A stretch of 64,000 bases of DNA from Enterobacter phage phiT5282EW: sequence record PQ352032.1. One strand, written 5' to 3'. This document shows, piece after piece, positions 6,965 to 17,900 of the stretch (position 1 is the stretch's first letter; every line of letters starts with the position of its first letter). The position numbers were made by a program, and so were the translations under genes. The notes under the pieces are model-generated. The model was not told where the DNA came from. It was given only the letters and a program-made list of their open reading frames with translations, and made no database searches.

Positions 6965-9805
6965 TTATTTTTTAAGTGCTGCGATGGTAGCTTTCGCTGA
7001 TTCAGGATCGGTTAACGCGAGGTCTACCAGATCAAGAAGCTGCTTAATAGCTTCGGTATGGAAAGCCGCAGTCAGCCCGGAGTAATTGAGGCTTTTAAAA
7101 TCTTTAATCTGCGTCTTCTGGTCGTATGAGGTATGGATTCCGGTACTTACGGCTTCTGGAGCCCATGGTTCAACGTCCTGCGCGATCAGTCCTACCTCGC
7201 GGCTTTCTACATCTTTGCGCTGGTAAGTCACACCACGCCAGTTGATAACTGCTTTTAACGCATTATCCACTCTCTTAATGTCGGACTTAATGCGGATGTC
7301 TGAATCGACAACATACGCCCCGTTACCATGCAGCGTGCCATCTTGGTTTCGGAACTCCCAGCCATAACCCCCGGTATCTTTCAGGCAGTACAATTTCGCG
7401 CAGAAATAGTTACCTTGGTAATCGAGAGGATAAAGCTCGACTCGGCTGGACGCTGAGAGCGATGAGCCAAGGCGCATGACAAGCTGTGTTCCCCTTGCCT
7501 GCTTGTTGTTATCGTAGAACCCTGGTGAATAGCTATTAATGAAATCAATCGCTCCGTTAATAATGCCGCCAGAGCCAAAGGTAATCGAGCGGCAGTCACG
7601 TAAATTCGAAGCCCCAGTGACGTTCAGCCCCACAGAGGTAAGCGTACCGGGCACATTCATGCTGCCGTCGTCGCTCATATCAAAGTTAGCCGTATTATTT
7701 CGCGTCTTATTAGTCACGGTAATGCGCGCTGAATATTTAGCGCCGACCGTACCGACAGCCTGCAACATCGCCTTACATTCAGATACGCCTGCGACCTGAT
7801 AATCAGAAATAATCTGACCACCCTTGATCGAGGTGTTATTGCTCGGCAGCGCAGTATCACCATTGATCACAGACCACGACGTATTCGCGGCAACAAATCC
7901 ACCCGATGCACGAATGACCCAGACCCCAACGAAGCTACGGGGCAATACGTCATCCGTGATATTATCACGACCGTAGACACTATCAGAAATGGACGCATCA
8001 AGGGACAGTCTGTTTGACGAAGACCCTGTTCCGCTAGGAGTATAAACGCTCCCGTTAGCACCATTATAAGTTGTTAAAGAACGCTCACCACCATCTAAAC
8101 CACCTTCACCACCAGCTATTTTAACGCTACCTTTGATGTTTGGTACGGCGGCCTTATACACCAGACCATCCATACCGGAGTTACCACCATCACCACGAGC
8201 GAACAGCGCCTTAATTGAGTTGGACTGAACACCATTACGGTCAGGTACACGGAAGGTGGTAGAACCATTGCCGAGAGAGTATCTACCACGTTTAGTATGG
8301 TCTGCTAACCACTCAGCATCAGTGATGGGCGTGAGCATCTGAGCATACGCCCACAACTCGGGCCAGTCTGCGCGGTTAAGCAACTGACCGTCAGATACAA
8401 CCTCATACGGCTGAATGTATGCACGGCTATCGCGTAAGTGGAAGTCACCCACGCCGTAGTTCATCACGCCATTCATGGATGGCCCGCCAGCACCGCCAGA
8501 AGCCGAACGTAGCTGTCTCATGGTTACGGCGTCATAATCACCAACGGCATCGCCGCCCAGTTTCAGCGGGCCAGATAGCCCGGTCATGGAGGTAATGTCG
8601 TCATTTACCCCTGATTTTGCGCTTTTACGCCAGTCCGTGAATACGCTTCCATCATAGCTTCGTGACGCAATACGCCCGCTTTTGGCAATGTAAATCTGCG
8701 TAACACCACCAGATACCCCGATTGGGAATACAATCAGCTGCCCGGTTTCATCAAACGGGAAGTTATTGGCTGCGACAGCGCCAGCAACACTAGTGAGGGA
8801 TACCACGCCATAATGCGCCGGAAGGATGCGATCATTCAGGTTGATAACCGTTGTAATGACATCCAGCTGGGCGACGGCTTTCACTTCGGATGCCGCAGGC
8901 GGGTTATCGCTGGTATACATCCGGCGAGAGGCGCTCCAGACGTTATTCGTCCGTGTGATGCGATAGAGCCATGTTGGCGTCGCACCCTCGGAAGCGAAAA
9001 TTAATACCATCGAGGTGCGATCCTCATTCACGCTTTCGCAGTGAATGCGCCACGCCACTGCGCCAGCACCAGTAACCCCAGAAGGAAAACCATTCGAGCT
9101 AATAGCATCCGATGCTTTCACGCGCATAGTTTCACCTACGCGCCAGACATGCGAGGTGATCGTGTCTCCGGTGGCAGCGAAGTCGAAGTAAGGCAGTTTG
9201 ATGCCCATAAGGCCAGCATAAGCCGCTGTAAGCACCGCGCCGTCGCGGGTGGTGGTTGGGCTGGCGATCTCCTGATCGGTCAGGGAACGGGCGATATTCA
9301 GCGCTACTCCTCCGGTCGGCTGAGCACCGCTGCTGTGTGTCCAGTCGATTGTTGCACCGTTACCCGCGATCAGTAGGCCAGTCCATTTGCGCGGTGCAGT
9401 GCTCGGCGCGATGTTAAACCAGATCTCATACGTATCAGCTGCGACCTCGACCAGCTTGCCGCCAAGGATGGTCGCTGAATTTACGCCAAGGTTAGTCTGG
9501 GCAGTAACGGTGATGCGTGCCGGATCACCGACAGTGGTCACAGAGCCGTCGCCTGTCTGCATGACAATGTTGGCGAATCCAGTACCAGTCACCACCATCA
9601 GCGTAATGGCAATTTTGCCCTGCGCTAGATTGGAGATCTTGCCCATCTTCTGCCAGCTATCTGACGTGATATCCCAGTCAGTGAGCATCACGGCATTTTT
9701 ATCCAGCATGGTCAGAGCATCGGTCAGCTTGCCCACATCAATTTTTAACGGGTTGGTCAGGTATGGGACAGGAAGCCCAAGCCGGGGAGTAGTTTTGTCC
9801 ACCAT
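6965..9805 (-). CDS. tail fibre/tailspike with C-terminal peptidase S74 intramolecular chaperone domain
   Basis: 946 aa. C-terminal ~120 aa (DSDIRIKSDIKRVDNALKAVINWRGVTYQRKD...REVGLIAQDVEPWAPEAV) matches the self-cleaving chaperone domain of endosialidase/T5 pb1-type fibres. Central Gly/Thr/Ser-rich beta-type region. Confidence 0.8.
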   Translation of the reverse strand: MVDKTTPRLGLPVPYLTNPLKIDVGKLTDALTMLDKNAVMLTDWDITSDSWQKMGKISNLAQGKIAITLMVVTGTGFANIVMQTGDGSVTTVGDPARITVTAQTNLGVNSATILGGKLVEVAADTYEIWFNIAPSTAPRKWTGLLIAGNGATIDWTHSSGAQPTGGVALNIARSLTDQEIASPTTTRDGAVLTAAYAGLMGIKLPYFDFAATGDTITSHVWRVGETMRVKASDAISSNGFPSGVTGAGAVAWRIHCESVNEDRTSMVLIFASEGATPTWLYRITRTNNVWSASRRMYTSDNPPAASEVKAVAQLDVITTVINLNDRILPAHYGVVSLTSVAGAVAANNFPFDETGQLIVFPIGVSGGVTQIYIAKSGRIASRSYDGSVFTDWRKSAKSGVNDDITSMTGLSGPLKLGGDAVGDYDAVTMRQLRSASGGAGGPSMNGVMNYGVGDFHLRDSRAYIQPYEVVSDGQLLNRADWPELWAYAQMLTPITDAEWLADHTKRGRYSLGNGSTTFRVPDRNGVQSNSIKALFARGDGGNSGMDGLVYKAAVPNIKGSVKIAGGEGGLDGGERSLTTYNGANGSVYTPSGTGSSSNRLSLDASISDSVYGRDNITDDVLPRSFVGVWVIRASGGFVAANTSWSVINGDTALPSNNTSIKGGQIISDYQVAGVSECKAMLQAVGTVGAKYSARITVTNKTRNNTANFDMSDDGSMNVPGTLTSVGLNVTGASNLRDCRSITFGSGGIINGAIDFINSYSPGFYDNNKQARGTQLVMRLGSSLSASSRVELYPLDYQGNYFCAKLYCLKDTGGYGWEFRNQDGTLHGNGAYVVDSDIRIKSDIKRVDNALKAVINWRGVTYQRKDVESREVGLIAQDVEPWAPEAVSTGIHTSYDQKTQIKDFKSLNYSGLTAAFHTEAIKQLLDLVDLALTDPESAKATIAALKK

Positions 9806-9893
9806 TTCCGGGATCTCTCTTGTTCAGGAATAGCTGACATTCTGGAATCACTACGGGGAAATAAAAAGCCCGGACGGTGCCGGGCTGGAAGGT

Positions 9894-10148
9894 TTACCAC
9901 TTGAATTGTCGCTGCTCGTCCTCGCAGAGCCCGAACAGCTTATGCACGCCACAGTAAACAGCCCCGGCGACGACGACCACCATCACAAGGCCCATCAGCA
10001 TGGAACCGAAGCCAAGAGCCGCAAGGCCAGAAGTAATGCCTGCTGCACTCAATCCTGAAACCTTCCCCAAAAGGCTGATCAGCAGGATAGGCGTTCCTGC
10101 CGCTGCTGCGCCTGCTGTGACTTGTTTTGCCACTGTGTACCCGTTCAT
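9894..10148 (-). CDS. small membrane protein (2 TM, holin-like?)
   Basis: 84 aa with two hydrophobic Gly/Ala/Leu-rich segments. Confidence 0.45.
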   Translation of the reverse strand: MNGYTVAKQVTAGAAAAGTPILLISLLGKVSGLSAAGITSGLAALGFGSMLMGLVMVVVVAGAVYCGVHKLFGLCEDEQRQFKW

Positions 10149-10579
10149 TACCGCCCCTTTTTATGTGTCGCTGAGCGGTGCTGTCCGCTGTAGCGATGGT
10201 TTCCATATGCCGGATCATCGAACCATGAAGTTTGACGCTGCTTACTTTTACCGGAATAAGCGGAGTAAGGCGGTTTCGGCTGGAGTTTAGCCATCACTTG
10301 CCAAACGTCATAGCAGGCATCATGGAAACGGCGATCCGTTGTCGAGTCCTTGAAATTGCTGTACATCATTTCCGCGACGTACTGCGCCAGCATGGATTGC
10401 AGCTCCTCGCGGTTGACGAACACTCGGAACTGGTAATCGCGGTGATCGTGCGTGACCACTTCTTTGGTCGGGAAGTATTTGTTCAGATGCTCTTTACGGC
10501 GAGCACGTACTTGGATCACTTCCGGGTCTTGTTTGTCTACGACAGCAGACAGAAAGCCATCAGATAAAATCAGCCACAT
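10148..10579 (-). CDS. hypothetical protein
   Basis: 143 aa. ATG with GAGGA SD at -7. Overlaps the downstream gene start by 1 nt. Confidence 0.5.
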   Translation of the reverse strand: MWLILSDGFLSAVVDKQDPEVIQVRARRKEHLNKYFPTKEVVTHDHRDYQFRVFVNREELQSMLAQYVAEMMYSNFKDSTTDRRFHDACYDVWQVMAKLQPKPPYSAYSGKSKQRQTSWFDDPAYGNHRYSGQHRSATHKKGR

Positions 10580-10640
10580 GGCGTATTCCTCAGGTTGGAT
10601 TGGTTAACGGCTGAGATAATACGTCATGCGTGCCGTATGG

Positions 10641-11504
10641 TCAATCTTTTTTCTTACCTAAATACGCGTCAAGCACCATTTGGTCGGGCTTCATGTTCAT
10701 TAGCTCGCGCAGCTTGTTTTTTGGTACCAGCTGGACGGCCTGCGTTTCCCAGCCCATCGCTACCGGGGAACCACCGACGCGCTTCGCCAGATACATGCGA
10801 GAAACGGACGTGGTGCGCTCAAAGTCACCCAGCACGCCAGTGATCTCGATCTGTAGCCCGGACTCCTCCCATGTCTCTTTGATGGCGTTCTGCTGGAGCG
10901 TGAGCCCCGGCTCAGTGCCACCCTTCGGGAAAGTGTTCTGGTAGCCGCCGAAAGCGTTGGTCGGGCTGATAATCCACACGCGACCGTCAGGCTCCTCAAT
11001 GATGACGCCGGACGCTGGACGCTTCCCGGCTGGCACCATTAACGGCTGCTCGGTCATCTGTTTGGTGCCCTTCACAAAGGCCCAGCCAGCGTCGGTTTTC
11101 GGTGCGCCAGTCCACGGCGCGACCGGGACGCCATTCAGCTCCTGCGGTGCTGCACCATTAGGCGTGAAGGTGGCCACCTCGTTGCTCGCGGCCCACGTTG
11201 GCGCTTCGGTCGGTTTGCTCGGATGGTTAACCACGACGCGGTTGCCCTTCTCACCCAGTCGCGGATGGTGGACAATCTTCGTCGGTAGTCCTTTGCTGGC
11301 GGTAGTCCTGTGCGTGCCATACGGCGTCGTGGGCAGCGCTGGCTTGCGGTAATAGGCTTTCTTGGCCTGAGGCTTCGCAGGCGCTTTGGGGGCCGCAGGC
11401 GCATCAGGTTTGGCTGCTGCCTTCCCGTTGTCGTGCGGCTTCACCCATACGCCATCGCTCCGGCGATAGCCCTTCACCTGCGCTTTCAGGAAAAGTTTAG
11501 TCAT
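10641..11504 (-). CDS. NUDIX hydrolase with Lys/Ala/Pro-rich N-terminal region
   Basis: Nudix box GGTEPGLTLQQNAIKETWEESGL (G-x5-E-x7-KE-x2-EE-x-GL). Start set at ATG 11504, which overlaps the upstream gene's stop (ATGACTAA), rather than the track's 11618. The N-terminal 150 aa is basic and low complexity (AAAKPDAPAAPKAPAKPQAKK). Confidence 0.7.
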   Translation of the reverse strand: MTKLFLKAQVKGYRRSDGVWVKPHDNGKAAAKPDAPAAPKAPAKPQAKKAYYRKPALPTTPYGTHRTTASKGLPTKIVHHPRLGEKGNRVVVNHPSKPTEAPTWAASNEVATFTPNGAAPQELNGVPVAPWTGAPKTDAGWAFVKGTKQMTEQPLMVPAGKRPASGVIIEEPDGRVWIISPTNAFGGYQNTFPKGGTEPGLTLQQNAIKETWEESGLQIEITGVLGDFERTTSVSRMYLAKRVGGSPVAMGWETQAVQLVPKNKLRELMNMKPDQMVLDAYLGKKKD

Positions 11505-11979
11505 TGCCTTCCACTCCCAGCATCCATTGCGCCATGGATTCGACGCTGGACTGCACGCGGGCGGCGATTTCTGCATCCTTCCCGCCCTTGTCAAATGCCT
11601 GGTAAATACTGATCGCAAAGCGGGCCATCGCGTGCGCGACGATCAGCGCGGGATCCGTTTCATCCTTCGCCAGCCCCTTCACGTTCTGGATCCAGCGCGG
11701 CAGCGCGAAGTCATTCCAGCCCGGCAGCACGCTAAAGCCTGCGGTGTTACCCACAAAGATGTTAGCGGTGTTCAGCGCCTGCGCACGGTCGGCCTCCAGC
11801 GCTTCTTTCTCAGTCATCTGGTTGGCCTGCACCTTAGCGATGCGTCCCACGATGTCCTTGGCGAAGTTATTCAGGATGGTGCGTGCCACGTTGATATCGC
11901 CCAGATAAACGCTGCCATCAGCAGCGTTCAGACCTTCGATAAACCACGTTGGATCAGTATGTCGGTTCAATTCAGCCAC
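11497..11979 (-). CDS. hypothetical protein (virion module)
   Basis: 160 aa. Packed tightly between the giant ORF and the NUDIX gene. Confidence 0.5.
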   Translation of the reverse strand: MAELNRHTDPTWFIEGLNAADGSVYLGDINVARTILNNFAKDIVGRIAKVQANQMTEKEALEADRAQALNTANIFVGNTAGFSVLPGWNDFALPRWIQNVKGLAKDETDPALIVAHAMARFAISIYQAFDKGGKDAEIAARVQSSVESMAQWMLGVEGND

Positions 11980-11988
11980 AGAGCCCCC

Positions 11989-14900
11989 TTATACGCTCGG
12001 CAGGATGATACATTCCACAACGGTCATGCCGCTGCCGCCAAAGCCATCGGCGTCCTTAGTCCCCGATTCGTTCACCTTAGTGATGAGTAGGCGGGTATTA
12101 GGTGGCAGGATAATTTCTTTTTCCCCGGTATGGTGCGAGATAGATCCACCACTCGGAAGCGAGCCAGCGCCCGCATAGATACCTTTTACGCCGGGGCCTG
12201 CTGTCATTTTGAGGTGAATATTACCACTCCACACGTCTGGACTGATAGACGTGGACATAATTGCAGGCTCCATGATGACCTTGCCGACCGACGCTTTCAG
12301 CTTGGAGAGATCACCGCTGCCCAGACTGAATTTGCGCCCGAACGTGGTACCCGGCGAAATTTCATGGCCCATACCAGACAGCGCCTGCGCTGCTGCTTTC
12401 GCTTCTGCGCTTGGGTTGCCCTTCCACAGTCCGCTGTTCATCTGCTTATAACTGCTACCAGTATACGCCTGCACGGCCTGCTTTTGTGTCATCGGCAGCT
12501 TTTCCCACACTTCCTGTGCTGCTTTGGCATAAGTGTTTGTGGTCAGCGTGCCAGCCTTGAAAGTGGTTTTAGTAATGCCAAGGTCTTCCGGCTCAACAAT
12601 CCCCGGATGGCCCAGCACCAGCAGGTTCCCGATCTTGTCTGCATCGTTACCGCTCCAGTTTTCCGGCTTGTATTCTTCGTGCATCGAATACAGCGGGTGA
12701 TCGCCGCCGATACGGAACTGCTCGGCTTCATGCCCGGTAAGCTGGCTCTTAATCTCGTTAATCGCCTGCATCGCGTAGCCTTTGATGTGCTGCGATGGGT
12801 GATCGAGCACTGGCACCTGTCCGGTAACAGCTCCGGTGTCTTTGTCAAAGGTTGGCGCGGTCAGGCCGCGAATGGCTTCCGGGTCTCCGGTCAGCGCCGC
12901 AGAATAAATGGCCTGCGCCGCGTCGTGGTTCCCTTTGTTCAGGAACTCTTTGGAGGACGGGCCGGATTTGCCAACGCCAGACCAGTTGAGGAAGTCAGGC
13001 GGGGTACTGATTTTCTCCGGCTTGAATTTCTGCATTTTGATGATCTGCTCGGCTTCCGGGTACTTCTCAGCCAGATACTCTTTGCGCTTGATGAGCGTTT
13101 CCACCAGCTCTTTTTTGGCCTTCTCATCGCCCGGCCCATACTGGTTGACCATGTGCGCGATTTTGGCGTCGGAGATAGCCAGCACCTTGGAGACAGACGC
13201 GGCGATATCGGCCTCAGTCATGCCACCGAAGACGGCGGCGCTGTTCGCGTTCATCTTCGGATCCATCAGTGACTCCAGCTCCTTAACTACCGGGCCAAAT
13301 TCTTTCTTCGCACCCTGCGCACGGAACATCAGCGAGCCGCCCGCATCGACGCGGTGAATGGTGCCGTCATCTTTCAGCTGCACGTTGTCTTTCGCCAGCC
13401 CCACGACATCCCAGTTACCCAGCCACGCATCAACGGCAAAGCCTTCCAGCATACCCTTGGCCTTCGCCAGCGCTGCATGGGTTTTGGCCTTCTTGATGTT
13501 CTCCCACTTCGAGGCAATAGCCATTTTCCCGTCCTTGGTGACGATCATGGCGTCCTGCGCGGACAGGCCAGCGGCGCTATACAGTTTCGCTGCCAGCACC
13601 TCAGCCTTGGCGTGCTCCTCGTTATCCGGGAACTTCACATACCATTCCTGCCCATCGGCGTCCTTCATTTTCATGCCTTCATTCGAACCGCCTTGGTTGC
13701 CCCCGGTCACTGTCCACTCATCGACGCTGATCGGCTCTTTCTTCTTCCACTGGTACTTTTTGACCTCCATCGGGCCATCAGCGGCAAGGCCATTCTCTGC
13801 CGGGTTGCTGGTCGCGGCGGTAGCATTCATCAGCTGCGCGACGCCATTCATAGCATAGGTGCCATTCACCTCAGGGTTATAACCGGACTTAACCTTGATC
13901 CCATTAGCCATCAGCATCATCGACGCATATTGCGCCAGCGCCTTTTTACCCGGCGCGGTCGGGCCATACTCCGTTGAGACCTTAATTTTCATCCCAAACT
14001 CGCCATAAATCAGCATCGAACCATCGGCTTTCTGCATGATGACGCCTTTGGTGCCGCCGCCTTTGGTCAGCTTGGCTTTGAGGTTATCTACATATTTCAT
14101 GTAGTGATCCTGCTGCCAAGCGCTCAGGCCAAGCGCAGCGAAGTCAGGTGCCGGGATCTCGTCAGGATTGGCCCTAACCCAGCGCCCGTTTTTCAGGATC
14201 AGCATCCCATTGGCACCCGGCTTCATGTCGCCTTCTTTCGGGCCATCGCCTTCTTTCTGGCCCTCGTCGGCTTTCTTAGCATCTTCTTCGGCTACGGTGT
14301 TTTTGATAGCCGTCAGGATCCCTTCGATAGCCACAGGAGTAAAGTCGTTGATGATAAGCACGCTCTTAATGGTGCTGACCGCATCCACTTTGTCCGGGTT
14401 GGCGTCGTAGTATTCCTTGCACGCCACCGACGCCTTGACGACCTTTTGCAGCCCGGTTTTGGTCTCCGCGATGCTCTTGATGTCGTCCAGCAGTTTCAGG
14501 TCGATATTACCCAGCTCCGGCGCGGCAGGTTCAGGCGCAGGCGCAGGCTCCTCAGCTCCGGTGATCTGATCCTGTACAAAGGTCATGGTGCTGATCGCGT
14601 AATCCGTCATGCTCATCTTGACCACATCGGTGCCCTGATTCGCCATCAGCGCATACGCGGACTCTTTGACGCTGTTCAGCACGGCCTCTTTCATTTCCGG
14701 CGAGTCGGTGTACTTCGCCAGCATCGCCATCGCTGCCAGACCATCCAGCGCATCTGCATCCGCCATGCTATCGCCCTTGTAACTGGCTTTCGGGATCCCC
14801 TGCGGGACGCCGTGCATGTTGATGCTGTCTTTCAGTATGGACTGGAGGACAGGGATATGGGCCACGTTATCGCCTGCGGCCTTCACGATGTCCTGATAGG

Positions 14901-17900
14901 TGGCAGGGTTGTCGCCTTTCTTCGCCACGTATTCCTGCACAGCCATGAGCGTTTCGAGGTTGTCTTTGGCGTTGTTGAAGACCAGCCCAAGGTCATACAT
15001 GTTTTTCGGCTTGCCCGGCGCAGCGGTCAGCTTGTCCAGCACCTCAGCCATGTACTCCTTGTACTTGGTACCGTTGATCGTGGTGCTCGGCGTCACGTTC
15101 TGCTCATATTTCATAGCCTCAATGAGCAGCTTTTTGCTGTTCTCATCCTTCGCCAGTGTTGCAGCGATGGCGTAGCCCTGAAAATCAGTTGCCTCGGTCG
15201 AGTAGAAACCAACGTCCGGCTTAATCGGCAGGTTGAGCGGCTTGCCATGCTTTTTGAAGTAAGCCTGACCGATTTCAGACGCAGCGTAGACGTGCCCGCT
15301 GTTCATTTTCAGGATATTGTCGATAACAGTCGTGTACGCGCCCTTATCGCCATGGTTATCCTTGATGAATTCCAGACCGATGCTGGTCGCATCATCGCCG
15401 TTCGCGCCAGCGAGGGCCTGTTTGAGCGCCACAATCTCGCTGCCCGCGCTGCCATTGGCTGAGGTCTCAGGCATATCCTGCTGTAAGATCCAGTGCCCAT
15501 TATGGAAGACCAGAATACCGCCTTTACCCTGCTTGGTATCACCTTCTTTCGGGCCATCCTCTACCAGCCACTTATTGACCTCCTGCTGGTACAGTTTAAC
15601 CTGCACAGCAGCTGGCTCTGAAAGGTGAAGCTCGCTCAGCTCATTAAAGTGCTTGGCAATCACATCAGGATCTGATTCTTTGCCTTTGTGAACTTCTTCG
15701 GCAATGACGTTATAGAGGGTCTGCACTTTCGTGCCATAGGTTTTCACCGTGTCGCTGGTTGGTGATACCAGCGGTTTTTCTGGCTCAGTCCCGTAAGTCT
15801 CACTCCACCACTTACCATAGGCTTTCTTGCCAGCGATAAAGAACTCATTCGCCAGCTCGTTAAACCCATTGTCCTTCATGGCCTCAGCCAGCACCACCAG
15901 CTGCGGCGCATCATGCCCATTCGCCGTCATCCAGTCGCCAGCAATCGCGTCGGCCTGTTTTTCGTCCTTGGCATCTGTCAGCGCATCAAAGGCGCTTTCC
16001 CACATGGCGTAATCATTCAGGATCGCTTTCTTCTCCTGCTTACGCTCATGTTTGGTGGTAATCTGCTCGGATTTCGCCGCAGCCTGAGATTTCTCAGCCC
16101 ATGAATCGTACAGCTTCCCGACACTGGACTCGGAGAAAGCCAGATCGCTACCGTAATAAGTAGATGCCTGCTCAATGAATGCCTCGCCTTTGGTCTTCGC
16201 CCACTCGTTGAACTCAGCCACATCGTTGAATTCTGGCAGCTGCGGTTCAGGGGTTGGCGCACGCTCCTGCTTGATCTGAGGTGGCGTCGGCAGCGATTTC
16301 ACGGAGATATCGCCCAGCTCTTTCTTGGCGGCGGTCACGGCTTCGATGATCCACGCGGACAGGTCAACCTTCTGGAAGGCATCAATCAGGTTCTGGTCAT
16401 CACGGATCACTGTCACCATGTCGTTGATGTTGTCCACAGCCAGCGCCCAGTTACCCGCGTTGAGGTCATTCTGGATGTCCTCACAGATGCCGTCGATAAA
16501 CGCATCACCAGTCTGCGGAGGATTGGAGAAAGTCTTCGTGCCCGGCTCCGGTGCAGCAGTTTGCAGGCCAAGGGATTCCGCCAGATTTACGGACGGGGTT
16601 TTGCCAGCCATGATCTGCTGGTAGACCTCATTCTGCGTGTTGGAGAAGCCGGAGATATGGCCCCAGTCGCCCTTCTCGTTAACCCACATGCCTGAGCCCG
16701 GATTCTTCGGATCCGCGACGATGACGGCGCTGGTATTGGTCGGGTAAACGCCTGCGTCTGGAGTCGTGGACAGCACGCCATTCCACATGTTCTTGATGAC
16801 GTTTTGCTGCTTCTGGGTCAGGTGATTCGGCTTGCCCAGCTCCACCAGCTCGGTCGGGTACTCGCTATGGTGATAGTCGGAAATGTAGCCCAGATTGTCC
16901 GGGGTTTTGGTGTTGCCACCAAAGCCGATCAGTTTCAGGTACTGTCCCGCTTGGAACGGCTTAGCCAGCGGCTCACCCTTCTTGCTTATAGGCCATGCGG
17001 TCGCGTGCCCCATCAGCACTTTCAGGTACGGCTTACCGTCCTTGTCGTAGGTCTGGATGATTGAGCCTGCGGGCAGGTTCGGCATATCGGAGATCGACAG
17101 CTTCTGGCCCTTTTTGAACTCACCAGCGACAGGCTGATCCTTGAGCGGCTCGCCAGTCTCCTGATTGTGCCAGCGACCGTCTTTGAAAACCTGCATCCCG
17201 TTTTTGCCCATGCGGGTATCACCTTCCTGCGGGCCTTCCTCAGCCCGGACGGTTTTCTGCTGCTCAACCTCTGCGCTGGCCTTCTGATCCTTTTCTGCCT
17301 GGCTAAACTGGCCCAGCATTGGATGCACGGCGTCTTTGCCGATAACCACTTTGATATCCGGGTAGCCCAGCGCTGCCAGCGCGTTATTCGCAGCCTTGGC
17401 GACTTTGAGCCCGTAGGTGTTTTTTCCGTATGTCATCGCCAGAATGCCGTTGATGTTGCCTACTTCGCCAGCGGCCTTGATAGCGGCGATCTGCGCGTTG
17501 TAGCTTTTGGCATTCTTAATGTTCTCCGCGACGGCGAACTGGCTCCAGTCGATAGCGTCCATGGCCTTCTTCGACACGGATGCTTTCGGGGCTGGCTTGC
17601 CTTCGGCGGTGTCCGGCTGCGCCGGGGAGGTAGCGATGATTTCCACTGCGCTCAGTGGGCTCGGTTCCTCGGACTGCACCAGCGGCTTATTCGGGTTCTC
17701 ACCCGTTAGCAGCGCCAGCTTTTGACCGTAGAGGTTCAGCAGCTTTTTGCTATTCGGGGTGATACCCTTCCAGCTTTTCGCCTTGGTCTTGATGGCTTCC
17801 AGCTCCGCCAGACTGGTGGCGTCGATAACCTTCTGAGCCTGCGCCTCATACGCGGTGCGCACGCCAGTGGAGTTTTTGCCGGATTCAAATTTAGGCATGA

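Noticed and set aside
14104-15462. 452-aa plus-strand ORF (and 12130-13272, 13354-13977, 17167-17709)
   Set aside because: Antisense to the 2257-aa gene. The composition is Arg/Leu/His/Val low complexity, typical of the reverse strand of a Lys/Ala/Glu-rich gene.
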